Shown here one piece after another: positions 49,261 through 60,842 of a DNA stretch of 64,000 bases; the stretch's first letter is position 1; every line of letters begins with the position of its first letter. The stretch lies in the NCBI GenBank assembly GCA_000092065.1, contig CP000598.1, one strand, 5' to 3'. The notes under the pieces are model-generated. The model was not told the origin of the DNA and did not search any database. It saw nothing but the letters and a program-made list of their open reading frames with translations. Source of the DNA: Ostreococcus lucimarinus. Lineage: Eukaryota. Made by a program: the position numbers and the translations under genes.

Positions 49261-51159
49261 TGAACGATTGACGTGTCTCGCACCGAGCAAAATCCCCGAG
49301 GCTTGCTTGCGTCGCTTATAGGGAGTTGCTTCGTCGCACACACGCTGCGAAAAAAAAGCGTGTCATTATTAATTATTTTATTTCTGATGAGATCAACCTT
49401 GGCGTGCTCGAAGATCCATCGAGCCGCCTTTAATGCGGGTAGGATTGCTCGCGAAAATGTGGCGGTATCGATGTATGCGTCGCCGGCCGCAGCGGACCTC
49501 GCCGCGCCTAAGTAGACGAAACACTAACTGAAGAATAATTCCAATGAAAAAATTGCGAGGGGCATGGTCAAAACGCAACGTACGGGATTTGACGATGCTC
49601 AAGAGTCTCGATTCATTGGGTGGGGCTAATCATTACGACATATGTCGAACCGCGTAGCGTTCTAACGTCGCCTCTTTGCGTTCAAAGTGTATGGAGGAAT
49701 TCAAAATAATTTTGCATTCAGTAAAATAAACCAGTGTAATTCGTGAAAACTAAAATCTGCAAGAATCGAGCGACGGGCGCGAATTACGACTGCTGGCTCC
49801 TCACATCGATCCAGATGATGACGTTGGTTGTCTGCAAACAGCGATGAAACCAACTTCGCGTCGAGTGCGTGCCGCAAATAATTAATATTTAAAATAAATA
49901 TTTAAAATAAATTACAATGAATTCCCTCGGATTGGTGATGTTGTTCGCTTTAACGCACGTTCAAACACTCGAGCGTCATCCTCGCCTCGTGCACTCCTTC
50001 GTGACGCTCAATTGGCTGTCTATGTGCCACACCACGGTCACTCTACCTGTCTAACTTTGACGAACAGCGCGTTGAAGACGTGCGTAATTATTTAATTAGT
50101 ATTTGTTTTCAGGAAATAAATTTTGCGGCAGACAATGGTGACCTTAATCTCACACGTTAGCGACCTGTAGACGCCGACCTCGTTAATCTTATCCGTTTAC
50201 GCGAAAATGGCTTCTTTCTGCACAACCATCTGCGTATTTTGGAATTATTTCACGTCGATTGCTTACATAAATATTTCAAAGACGGCCTCGTTTTCGTGGT
50301 CGCGGAGTGCGTCGATGTCGATTCTCCGGCACAATTACCCTGCCACGCTTCTGCACTTCGCGCGCTGATACTGATGAGCGCGACGACGGCGTCGTTCGAA
50401 TTCGAGACGCCAGTCGGTCGGTTTCAAGCCGCGCGGCGCAGCGACAAAAGTTAGAACAGAGCGAACGTCCACGCGCTCGCGTTTTGCGCACGACGAGGCG
50501 TTCGTGCGTCAATGTCACCCATCAAGCGTCGCGCGACGCGCGATGAGATTAGTGGCGCGTCGTGTGGGAACACGGACGAGCGAACCAATTCTCGTGACGG
50601 GGGTGTCTTCGTCTCCGGCGATGATGACTGTCGCACGCCAGATTCGGATTTTCGCACGCCTGGTTCAACGTTCGCCGGTGTTTATATAAGGGGGGTTGTC
50701 ACGCAGACCGCCAATGTCTCAGTAGTGGCGTGTGTATGCACATCGAACAATGGTGTCTTTCAGTGATGGCGTGTGTATTTTTGTAATGTATGTTTCCGTG
50801 ATGGCGTGTGTATTTTGCAATATATCAGTACTAAGTATATATTACTTTCCACGCCCTAATGTATGGGGTGTTAGCACTTCTCGATCGCCACGCGCGCGCG
50901 CTTGGCTTTTGCATGTGAAATTTCGCGAGTCATCACTCGAGAATAAGTACACCGCACGCACCGATTCTCGCGTCTTAAGTCCGCGCCGTCGCCGAGATAT
51001 CAGTCGATGTTGAGCTCATTTTTTTGTGGGCGACGACGCGAGGTAGCACTCGGTGACGCAAAACGCGAGCGCGGTCGATTTGCGGCGTGGTATTACATTG
51101 TCATCTACTGTTCAATTCCTAGTTTGTCATTTCGCTATCTTTTCGTACATTTGTTTCGT

Positions 51160-51381
51160 CTAGTTTTCTTCGTCGCTCGGGACGTCATCATCTTCATCGT
51201 CTTCGTCGTCATTTTCGTCGGCAGCGCCGCTCGCATTCACGGGCCGCCCTGGAAGCTCCTGGTCGGAGTCGGGGTAGAATTCGGGATGGTGCACGGAGAG
51301 GTACTCCAAGCATTCATCTTTGATCGCCTGCTTTCTGTCACCTTGCCTCGGTCGCTTGTTCGTCGCGACGCCGTAAATCAC
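51160..51381 (-). CDS. Small ORF (73 aa) with a strongly acidic C-terminal tail. Possibly an exon or a small acidic protein.
   Basis: GC3-rich codon usage in an otherwise AT-richer intergenic region. Tail ENDDEDDEDDDVPSDEEN. No family recognised. Confidence 0.25.
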   Translation of the reverse strand: MIYGVATNKRPRQGDRKQAIKDECLEYLSVHHPEFYPDSDQELPGRPVNASGAADENDDEDDEDDDVPSDEEN

Positions 51382-51722
51382 CCTCCGCGATCCTCAACTA
51401 GTAGCATCATCAGTTAATACCATCAAACTGAAGTTATTTTTATGAACACGATATCGATAGTTTGTCCAGACGGACGAGATGTAAATCAATGAAACTGAGA
51501 CCGTGTCTCGAGCAGAGACACTAATCGCCGTGTGAGACAACACCGATCAACGTGATGTCGCAACATCAGTTTATTACCTTCGCGAACTGACGAGTAAAAT
51601 TCACCAGTGATGAATGTGGTCTTCAGCAGCCGCCCGCTTTAGGATTTTGACTCCTTTGTGGTCTAACGTCAATGTAATATCAAGATGGGTTCCGGTTGAC
51701 TACTGAAACCACCTGCGGTGAA

Positions 51723-52814
51723 TTACACGATTACATTGATATGTTTCGCCAGTTCAACGGCATACTCATAGAGTTCTACGTCGTATTTGAACTTTTGATA
51801 TAAAGCTGCCTGAACTTGTACATCGCCTTGATAAAAATCCTCGTCCTTCACACTACGTAGAGTATTGTTTGAGCTACGACTCGAATCAATCGTGAAGTTG
51901 GTAACACCAAGATTTTGAAAGAACACGCGCAAATCCTGATCGTATGTTTCTCTGACCAATATTGCGCTGAAGTGTCGTAATCGTTCTTTCGCGGTTTCAA
52001 GAAGAAGGGCCATTATTTCATCTCTAGTCATCGTCGCTAGTTGCGTGGTGTTCTTCAATGATGTCGCTGTCGCTATCGATTGTATGTCATCAGTTCTTGT
52101 TATGCCAGTCAAAGAAAATATTATATGCCCTGGTACGCTTTCACGATGTGTGTCCATGAGGAGGTTTTCTCTGAATGAATGCGATGCCAGTCTAGCCGCA
52201 TAGCTTGTCGCAGACAGCTCGGAAATTTGCTGCGCTGTATACCCGCTCTTTCTGAAATAGTTGACGTTATGCGCGATATGACTGTTATACATGTCGTATG
52301 GATGTCGAATAGCGGTGGCGTACACCCAAGGACGTTCAGTGCTTGTGTTGAAATGAGGTGACATAGGGTGCTCCATCCCAAAAAATTCAACTCGTCGTCC
52401 CCCGGTAGTCAACTCAGAGAACAAATCCTGCTGCTGTTCGAAGTCACCGTAGGCACGCGCGTCAGGTCCGCAGGTTGGTGAGGTCACTAACTCACAGTTA
52501 CAACTCCGGTTTCCGCGCACTCCTGCTCCTGACGCATCCATGGAGCTGCACAGCGTTGTCCCACCAGCCTTCTTCAAGTGCACAAAATATACTACACTCT
52601 GTCCCTGGCGCGTTCTGAACCGCCTAACAGCATCAATATCACTTCGCTCGTATTCCGTCGGGATGACGTGCTTTGCAACTCGTTTTACCAGATCATCACC
52701 AGAGTTTCGCAAGTATATCGATGAGCCCCACGTGGCGATTAAACACCCTATGACGAAGATTCGCGCTTGCATACGTCGTTCACGGTGGTTCGAAAACGAA
52801 ATAGTTGCATCCAA
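51723..52814 (-). CDS. Carbohydrate sulfotransferase (Sulfotransfer_2/3 type, Golgi type II membrane protein).
   Basis: 363 aa. TM IFVIGCLIATWGSSIY. VVYFVHLKKAGGTT is the 5'-PSB motif (F.H.PKTGGTT). RHPYDMYNS is the 3'-PB motif (RdP.dR..S.y). Confidence 0.6.
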   Translation of the reverse strand: MDATISFSNHRERRMQARIFVIGCLIATWGSSIYLRNSGDDLVKRVAKHVIPTEYERSDIDAVRRFRTRQGQSVVYFVHLKKAGGTTLCSSMDASGAGVRGNRSCNCELVTSPTCGPDARAYGDFEQQQDLFSELTTGGRRVEFFGMEHPMSPHFNTSTERPWVYATAIRHPYDMYNSHIAHNVNYFRKSGYTAQQISELSATSYAARLASHSFRENLLMDTHRESVPGHIIFSLTGITRTDDIQSIATATSLKNTTQLATMTRDEIMALLLETAKERLRHFSAILVRETYDQDLRVFFQNLGVTNFTIDSSRSSNNTLRSVKDEDFYQGDVQVQAALYQKFKYDVELYEYAVELAKHINVIV

Positions 52815-53023
52815 GTTTGTTCATGTCGTAGCGCGTCACTACACACCGCGCGCGTCCGGGTGACGCTGATTGGCGCGGGAAGCGGCCGTGGCAGCCTATG
52901 AGAAACCTTGGGTATAAGTCGCGATGGTTGCCGCGGAACTGGCTAAATCCAGCCTTGTTTTTTGGGGTGGGGTAAAACGACCAATCGTGACTCAATATCC
53001 GTTTATATATTTAGTGCACACTT

Positions 53024-53196
53024 TGCGAGCTATACCTTATATGATGGTGAGCAATCGGGCCTAGTGCGTCGATAAGTGATGATAATTACAATCAGTTGTG
53101 GTTAGTTCATTAATGAGTGTTAACTCGTCAATTAGTCCCGCTAGGTTACTAGGGGAAGCTACTATATTTCATATTTTACTCTTCAGATTTCTAACA
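53024..53196 (-). repeat. 3' LTR (in element orientation) of the copia element.
   Basis: Identical to 58579-58751. Confidence 0.9.
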
Positions 53197-53213
53197 CACC
53201 TCCTTAGCTTTCT

Positions 53214-56200
53214 CTAGTCTGAGGGCTTACCAATACCTTTGAAAGGTTGGATTTCCTCACTTTCGACCTTCTCGAGATATTCTTGAAATGTGTGCAGAGC
53301 GTCACTCTTCACCATACCTTCACTCAACCTCTGGTTGATGAAGTCTCGTATGTCCTTCGAAGATATATGACTTAACATCACGTTGAAGTGATTAGAACAC
53401 TCGTGAACGTCTGCTGGACCTGAAAAGTTCTTCTTGTTCGGCAATATCTTTGTCAACATATCGGCTAAGTTGTGTGATGATCCTATGTTAAATGGCTGTA
53501 TAATCCCTTCTCTGTGAGCATAATGTTGGATCCAGGAGTATCTTATTTCCATATGCTTGTTTGACTTAGACGACATAGTTTCCATTGCCTGTCGAATGGC
53601 TGTCGTATTATCGCAGAAGAGTGGTACTCTTGACAGTTTAAATCCAAGCTCTCGAAACAACAAAATTTGAAAGAATAAATCTTTCGCGGCTTCATACATT
53701 GCCATGAACTCTGCTTGCGCTGAACTCGTGGCTGGTATTCCTTGCAGTTTGCTCTTCCAATTGGTAGGGCCGCATGAAAAAGATATATACCCCGATGTGG
53801 ATTTTCTTCCGCATCTATCTTTCGAATTTAAGGATAACTTTTGGCCTGCCCAATCCGAGTCTGTAAATCCTGCAAGTCTCACTATACCATTGCATTCAGC
53901 ACCGTTGTAGGTTAATGGAATATTGGGGTTCCTCTTGAGATATCCAACCGCTCTGCATAAAGCGCTAAATTGCTTATGCGTTGGGTTACTTGCTACCCTT
54001 CCAGCTAGACTGCATACCACAGCAAGATCTGGTCGAGTAGCAGTATTAAACCAATTCAGACTTCCCAGCACTTGTTGATATGTTGTCCGCTTCATCCTGT
54101 CTACTGCATCTGTGTCATCCTCCTTGGCGAGAACAAACGTATCTGATGGTAGTAATGGCGAATTGCAAGCATTGATATCTTGCACAGGACATTTTGCCAG
54201 AAACTGCGCAATTGAATATTCTTGGTTGAGTGTGTAACAATTCTTCCCTAATCTCTTTATATGGATGCCGTTGTACACCTTTATCCTTTCAAATTGCGAA
54301 ACTTTGTAAATTCTGGAAAATTCTTTGTGGAACTGCTTGACAACCTCATCGTTCTCAGCGGTTATCAGAAGATCATCTACCAATACTGAAATGATCATGA
54401 AGGGCTTGCTATTGCTCATCTTAACAAACAAACAGCTATCCTTACATAATTGGTTCAAACCCAGAGACCTTAGAGTCTTGGTTACATGCAAATACCAACA
54501 CCGTCCCGCTTGCTTTGTGCCATACAAGGGTCTGCGTAACTTGTAGACCATTCCTTTCGGAAGCGGATGTGACCTTGGGGCCTTGACGTATATATCATCT
54601 AGGAGTTCCCCTTGCGTGTAAGCTTGGGATACATCTATCGTAAAGATGTCCCATCCTAATATCGCCGCCAAGTTTATGAGTATCCTAAATGTGGTCATGG
54701 AAGCAACGGCACTAAATGTGTCGTGGTAGTCCTTCAACCAAACTTGGGTGAATCCTTGCACTACCAATCTAGACTTAAGGGAACCATCTGGTTTTACCTT
54801 ATCTACCCATTTGGATCCACAAATATTTGCATCTCCGGCTTCAACAATACTGACCTCCATTAATGTGGTTTCGAGCAATCCATTGAGCTCTTTTGCTCTG
54901 CTCTCTGAGAAATCCACACTTGACTCATCAATAATTTTACCGTATTCTTCGCCTTTTGCGACGGCTGTGGCTAGCACACTGTGTGCTGCCCTATTTGTCG
55001 AATCAGCGTTATTTAGCGCAGGATTCAATTTTACCGTTTTATCGCCGTAACTCCCGCCCTGGAGCTGGATATGCGAATACTTACATGTGAGGTAGATAAC
55101 CTGTTTCTTGAGCTCATCCTCAGAAACTCTACCATTCTCTTTGAAGTGGTTAACGAGATGTTCAATATCGTCAGTCGGTTGATCAGTCCCAACATCAGCA
55201 TTGTTCTCTGCGTCAACACCTCCTTCAACTTCTTCAAGGATCTCTGGAGAAAACCCGCTAGGCCCCCAGCCTGGATACTTATCCTGAAGGCTACTCTGGT
55301 CCATCCTTGTCCGTTCCCTCGCAAATTCGAGAAAATCCTCGACTAGACCAGCATTGGCGTTATTGAGCGCCGGAACTACATCGCTAGCGTTATTGAGCGC
55401 TGAGCCAGCGTTATTTAGCGCTGCTTCGGCGTTATTGAGCGCCGGAAATGGTTCGCTAGCGTTATTGAGCGCTGAGCCAGCGTTATTTAGCGCTGCTTCT
55501 CCCCCGGACTGCGGATAATCCTCGTCAAGATCGTCATCTTCGCAATCACTTTCAGATTTGTATCCTTGGTCCTCCTTTTGAGAATCCAACAAATCATTCA
55601 ACCAATCGTCCAGGTCACGGCGGTCGGAAAGCTCCGGTGGGAGGATAACAAGCTCCGGTGGGAGGATACTATTGTCGGTTAGCTCTGTTCGGTCTCCTGT
55701 TAATCCAGGATGCTCCCCATTCTGTGCATTCACCGACCCAGCGTTATTGAGCGCCGGTCTATTTACATAATTTTCATGGTCGAAGATCAACTCCGACGTT
55801 TCTTGAACATAACCTGGTGCTGATCCTTGGCGTTTCAGGATGCTGTTGGACAAAACCACAACATATTTCTTCGGGTGCAAAGTTACACTAGAGTAACCTA
55901 TGAACCACACTGGAAATCTACTCACACACCAATCCGGCCTTGAAGCCGGGTGCTGATTACTCAAATTTTGAGCAATCACATTCCGCGCCATATACGCCTT
56001 ACAACCAAATGGATGTAAGACTTGGATATCCACACCGTGTCCAAAAACTTCATAATACGGAGATTGCAACTTATTGTGCACTTTGACTCCAGTTATATTT
56101 CTTACTGTGGCGGCGTACTTCATGGCATATACCCAAAACTCACTCGGCACGCCACTTGCTATCAAGAGCTTTTTGGCGATTATCTTGAGTGCTTGATTCG

Positions 56201-57212
56201 TCCTTTCTGCTACGCCATTTTGCCACGGATGTCCTACATCACTCTTGGAAAATACCATTCCATGATCATCACAGAATTTTCCAAATGTAGACTTGATATC
56301 GCCACCACCATCGGAGTGTATCCGCTTGAGTCGAATTTCTCCATCTTGATGGTATCTTCTGCGGTGGTCTTGTATTAACGCTAGATCGCGCTTAAATTCC
56401 TTAAGCGCATGTGTCAGTGACCTTTCCTCAACGGTGGACGGCCGATTGCTCTCTACGGGGTAGACCAGCTGGAATCTGGTATACTCATCTGTAACGGTCA
56501 AACATGCCTTTTGATCTACAATCTTACAAACCATAGAACCTCTTGGCGGTCCGAAAGTCACGTCCATGTGGACAATTTCAAACGGTTTTGTACATCGCTT
56601 GGTACTCCTCTTACCGTGATTCGTTTGTCTTGTATGACCTATCTTGCATGTGACGCAATTATCGGCAGCATTATTCAACTTTGCTTGTAGCTCGTCCAGA
56701 GGTTTGTCACTTGTTATCCAACTATTGTTGAATGCAGTAAGTAATGTATTACTTGACACATGGCCAAGTGTATCATGTATTAACGTCGGTATCCAGAATA
56801 TGGGCCGTTTTGACGATATATCTATCACCGGCAATCCATCGTGACGTCGACGAACATTAACATCATGATATTTTCCATCTTCATCTGGTAATTTGATACT
56901 TCCGCCGGAGTCATTTAGGCTAATCGGGTAACCTGTGCATGATAATATTCCGGCTCCTGGAAGATCGGCTCCAGGGGCACAGTTTGCCTCGAAATGGAAT
57001 TCAAAATGTTTTCCTTCCGTGTCAACTAGATCAACCTTTGCAACTCCTGATTTGGTCACTACCGTAGTGCCGTTGATAGAGGTCAAGATTTCGTTTCCTC
57101 GAGACTTCACGTTGTGCAACTTTAGTGCATCATTTATTACACTCACACACGCTCCACTGTCGACCAGTAAAGTATTTTTGTTGCCTAGATGATATGTCTC
57201 GAGGATTATCGG
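53214..57212 (-). CDS. Copia Pol (protease, integrase, RT, RNaseH), in the same reading frame as gag directly downstream of the gag TGA.
   Basis: Translation immediately after the gag stop reads PIILETYHLGNKNTLLVDSGACVSVINDA... (protease DSGA). Integrase has HDTLGHV...CVTCKIGK and D..E. RT has YVDDLLI-like VLVDDLLITA. The C-terminus ends KGIGKPSD. Confidence 0.85.
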   Translation of the reverse strand, partial: PIILETYHLGNKNTLLVDSGACVSVINDALKLHNVKSRGNEILTSINGTTVVTKSGVAKVDLVDTEGKHFEFHFEANCAPGADLPGAGILSCTGYPISLNDSGGSIKLPDEDGKYHDVNVRRRHDGLPVIDISSKRPIFWIPTLIHDTLGHVSSNTLLTAFNNSWITSDKPLDELQAKLNNAADNCVTCKIGHTRQTNHGKRSTKRCTKPFEIVHMDVTFGPPRGSMVCKIVDQKACLTVTDEYTRFQLVYPVESNRPSTVEERSLTHALKEFKRDLALIQDHRRRYHQDGEIRLKRIHSDGGGDIKSTFGKFCDDHGMVFSKSDVGHPWQNGVAERTNQALKIIAKKLLIASGVPSEFWVYAMKYAATVRNITGVKVHNKLQSPYYEVFGHGVDIQVLHPFGCKAYMARNVIAQNLSNQHPASRPDWCVSRFPVWFIGYSSVTLHPKKYVVVLSNSILKRQGSAPGYVQETSELIFDHENYVNRPALNNAGSVNAQNGEHPGLTGDRTELTDNSILPPELVILPPELSDRRDLDDWLNDLLDSQKEDQGYKSESDCEDDDLDEDYPQSGGEAALNNAGSALNNASEPFPALNNAEAALNNAGSALNNASDVVPALNNANAGLVEDFLEFARERTRMDQSSLQDKYPGWGPSGFSPEILEEVEGGVDAENNADVGTDQPTDDIEHLVNHFKENGRVSEDELKKQVIYLTCKYSHIQLQGGSYGDKTVKLNPALNNADSTNRAAHSVLATAVAKGEEYGKIIDESSVDFSESRAKELNGLLETTLMEVSIVEAGDANICGSKWVDKVKPDGSLKSRLVVQGFTQVWLKDYHDTFSAVASMTTFRILINLAAILGWDIFTIDVSQAYTQGELLDDIYVKAPRSHPLPKGMVYKLRRPLYGTKQAGRCWYLHVTKTLRSLGLNQLCKDSCLFVKMSNSKPFMIISVLVDDLLITAENDEVVKQFHKEFSRIYKVSQFERIKVYNGIHIKRLGKNCYTLNQEYSIAQFLAKCPVQDINACNSPLLPSDTFVLAKEDDTDAVDRMKRTTYQQVLGSLNWFNTATRPDLAVVCSLAGRVASNPTHKQFSALCRAVGYLKRNPNIPLTYNGAECNGIVRLAGFTDSDWAGQKLSLNSKDRCGRKSTSGYISFSCGPTNWKSKLQGIPATSSAQAEFMAMYEAAKDLFFQILLFRELGFKLSRVPLFCDNTTAIRQAMETMSSKSNKHMEIRYSWIQHYAHREGIIQPFNIGSSHNLADMLTKILPNKKNFSGPADVHECSNHFNVMLSHISSKDIRDFINQRLSEGMVKSDALHTFQEYLEKVESEEIQPFKGIGKPSD

Positions 57213-57215
57213 TCA

Positions 57216-58391
57216 CTCGTCTTTCTCTTTTGGATCAGACTCGTTCCCTCTTGGTTTCTTATTGGCAAACTTGTCTACCCGCCGCTGCAGATCAGGACGT
57301 AACGGCGATTTACACTCCCAATACCTGTGACCTTTCCTGTTACAGTTGAAGCAAGCTCCTTTCGGCTGAAACTTCTTCCGCTTCAGATTATTCACAGCAA
57401 GCTGTTTAGGTGATGTCTCCTGATCGAGTTTATCAGCTATAACAAGCTTATTCGTGCATTTGGTAAAGTCCAGTTTGTCGCGCTGCTGGGAAAGTAACTC
57501 CTCACACACCTTTTTGACATTCGTTCGAGACAGCGGAGACGCCAACAACATAACGAGTATTGTTTCGGTGAAACCACTGAATTCGATCGTTTCCGAAGTG
57601 GTGAGTTCGTTCCCATTTATCGTGAACGCAGATTGAACCTGCCGACGCAACCTCAGCCCGTTGTTGAGTCTAACTTGACTATCATTTGGGAGGGAAGTAA
57701 ACAATTTTCTTTTGTTACCCAAGAATTCCGCCATGTTTCCGGATCCAGTGTACTTTATGTCATTTAACCGATTCTCTACGAGAGTTTGGATCGTTGAGTA
57801 AGGGTCTAATTCCAGAAGTAATCTGTCTAACAAAGTAATCCCCGACCAAGTCGCTCTTGACGCTCTCATGTCGCTTACGAGCTTCTTGAGTTGTTCAGGA
57901 AATACATTTGATAAATCAAAAACGCCGTCAGCCAGTTCTTGATCCGCAACATCGAGCGGTACCAATGTCCTATCCGGATGTAACTTCTCATAGTCTTTCA
58001 CTGTAACACGATTATTCTCAGCGTTAGCAGGTGGTAACCCCGGGAGTCCGTTGGAATCCCTTTCATCCTGCATTACGTTGTAAACGTATTTACACAAATC
58101 GATGTTATCACGGAATGTAATATCCAGCGAAGCTACGATTGCGGTGATCCTGCAAAGATCCATATTGGCATTTTTATACTTTGCATCAATGTAGTGGCGC
58201 AACAGCTTATCCGCAGCGATCGACACACTGACGGCCTCCGTTTTCCTTCTTCCGTTGATTTTAGAAGATGTAAACCTGTAGTTCAAAGATTGAACCATTA
58301 AATCTATAAATTCGACTACGTTGTCGCCTTGAACACCGCTCTTGAAACGCGTGAACGACGCCAGGTCCGTTGGTAGGAACGCTTCCGACAT
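57216..58391 (-). CDS. Copia Gag with CCHC zinc knuckle.
   Basis: 391 aa. The C-terminal CFNCNRKGHRYWECK is a CX2CX4HX4C motif. It ends at TGA 57213-57215. Confidence 0.85.
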
Positions 58392-58578
58392 CTTGCTTTG
58401 GTTAAGCGTTTTAAGGCGTTACTAAATTTAGAATCTTCTAAAAATAGAACGATTCGCTCTAAAAATAGAACGACTCTTTACAAACCGATCGAGGCGCAAA
58501 AGGCACTCTTCCGATTGACACTAATCGTAGGTCCACGCTAGCGTGCTGCACGTCGTCGCAGATGGCAGAATCGTACGA

Positions 58579-58751
58579 TGCGAGCTATACCTTATATGAT
58601 GGTGAGCAATCGGGCCTAGTGCGTCGATAAGTGATGATAATTACAATCAGTTGTGGTTAGTTCATTAATGAGTGTTAACTCGTCAATTAGTCCCGCTAGG
58701 TTACTAGGGGAAGCTACTATATTTCATATTTTACTCTTCAGATTTCTAACA
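58579..58751 (-). repeat. 5' LTR (in element orientation) of the copia element.
   Basis: Identical to 53024-53196. Confidence 0.9.
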
Positions 58752-60842
58752 CACTTCGACTATGTATCACGAATGCGGATCCTCGCACTTGAGAAACCTC
58801 GGATTTATACGTCGCGATGGGTGTCGTGCGTGAGAAACCTTGGGTTTATAAGTCGCAATAGATGTCGTGCGTGCTTGGCTTGTCTGATGCTGATTCATAC
58901 GCGCTAAGTCTATATGTAGGTCTAGTTCGTGTACAAGTAGTGTAGACATGCACGTCAGCAACAAAAAACTCCGCCGGTGCATTTGGCTTGAAAAAGTTCG
59001 AGCTCTATCACTAGATGCGACCTACCAATGATCACACCGTTCGTGTTCCTCTTAACCAACTTTGCTTGTGTGCTTCTCTGTCGGATATCTTGTCATTCTT
59101 GACCTTCTCGAAATTTGTCTCTATCCAATCCATGATCCACTTGCCCCACTCATGAATATGGCGACTCCAGACGTCGACTTCATTCCAAGATCTGATTTTC
59201 CAGGAAATAATTCTTCATTTACAAAGTTCGAATCACTAAACGCTGCCGGACATATACTCGAGTCCTTCCTGAAGTACAGTTCTACGACTTAAAATGTTCG
59301 TCAAATCAAGATTCGATACAAAGTGCGCAAATTCCGAATCGTCCAGAAGGCTGCGGCATAGATTTGTTTTTGCAACGTAAAAACGGCTTGAAAACTATCG
59401 GCCTTGAGAAATCTCAAGACAATGTCAATGTTGGCACACGTCAGCTCATCGGCGCTCACACACTCACTAAGCGCGATCATGCCGAGTCTGCAAACAGTGT
59501 TGTAAGTCTGGCTATCATATTTGTATTTGCTTACTGCGCTCTTTTCATTTTAAAGAGGATGCCGAAGCGGATTTAAAGTTGGCCACGTTGAGAGGCTCAG
59601 ATAAGAGCATGTATTATTAGCTTGTATTCTTGATAAGCCTTTCCGGATAGAATGCGTGACGAGTTACGACTCAACTGCAACTGTGAACATCAATCGAAAC
59701 TGAAAGTTCAGAAGTTGTGACCGCTCGCTGGAAAATTGACCCACTACCGACGGTGACAGTCGCCGTGGCGAATTGTTTTTGTTTGGGCACTGCGCAGACG
59801 AAATCGAGAATTTTGGCGATATGAGGTGAGGACTATGCGAGGCGGGGGGAGAGTCTACGCGGTCTTGGTCCCAGTGGCATTCCTTCCTAGCCGACTGCGT
59901 CTCTGTAGGAACGTTTCGCCGTCGATGAGCTACACCAGAAGTATCGCGACGGCATATCGCGACGATGGGCGCCGCCGCCTAGGCGCGGGAAGTCTGATCC
60001 CGGCTACGAAAGATATAAGACCCACCCCGCGTTACGAAAGTCTTGATACAGTGTATGGTTTTTCATAGTGCAGTGCAACGAACGTGTCGAATACGATGAC
60101 GCGTGAAATGAAGGGGAAACGACGACCAAACGGGGTTCCACAGCGCGCAGGGTTCGTGCGTATTTCGCGCGCGGCGTCTTGTCGGCGTGCTCATCCATCG
60201 CGACGAAAGTGGGCGAGGCCGATGCACGTTGGCTTTTACACGTTCTGCGCGTCGTTCGCCGATCCGGCGTGGGGACGCGGTTCTCGCGCGCGCGTCGCGC
60301 GTCGCGCGCGCCGCGAAGGCGACGACGACGACGATCGCGCTTCCGAGACCCTCGTCGCGCGTCTCCGCGCGCGTCGCGTCGCGTGCGGTTCGCGCGACGC
60401 GTCGCGCGCGCGCGACTGGGCTCGTTCGGTGCGTTGCGCCGCCGCGGTGCGGTGGCGGCGCGCGCGACCGCGCGGGCGCGCGTTTCAGTGATGGCGTGCG
60501 TGATTGCATAACGCCCGTTTCAGTGATGGCGTGTGTGTCTGTTGCGATGATGGTATATATGGCTCGTTTCGAAGTAAAATATGTATATTAGATCGTATTA
60601 TGATACATTTAAGTCTATCTGTGTGATCCATGGATACATTTTCGTTCGATTGATTTTTTCGGTCGCGAAAGCGCGCGGTCGCCGGGTCAACCAACACCTT
60701 CATCTCCGGGGGGGATCGAAGATTGTTTTTTACGGTCGCGCGCGCGGTCGCCGCGGACGCCCCCGCCCTCGTCGACGCCGCGCTGACTGTCGCGCGCTGA
60801 CTGACGCGCGCTGACTGACGCGCGCGCGATCGAACGCCGCGA

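Larger units (their letters stand above)
53024..58751 (-). mobile_element. Intact Ty1/copia LTR retrotransposon (5728 bp) with identical 173-bp LTRs and a 5-bp target-site duplication CACTT.
   Basis: LTRs 53024-53196 and 58579-58751 are identical by eye (TG...CA). The flanking pentamer CACTT occurs at 53019-53023 and 58752-58756. The internal order is gag (CCHC knuckle), protease (DSGA), integrase (HHCC, DDE), RT, RNaseH, which is the copia order. A purine tract lies next to the 3' LTR. Confidence 0.9.
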
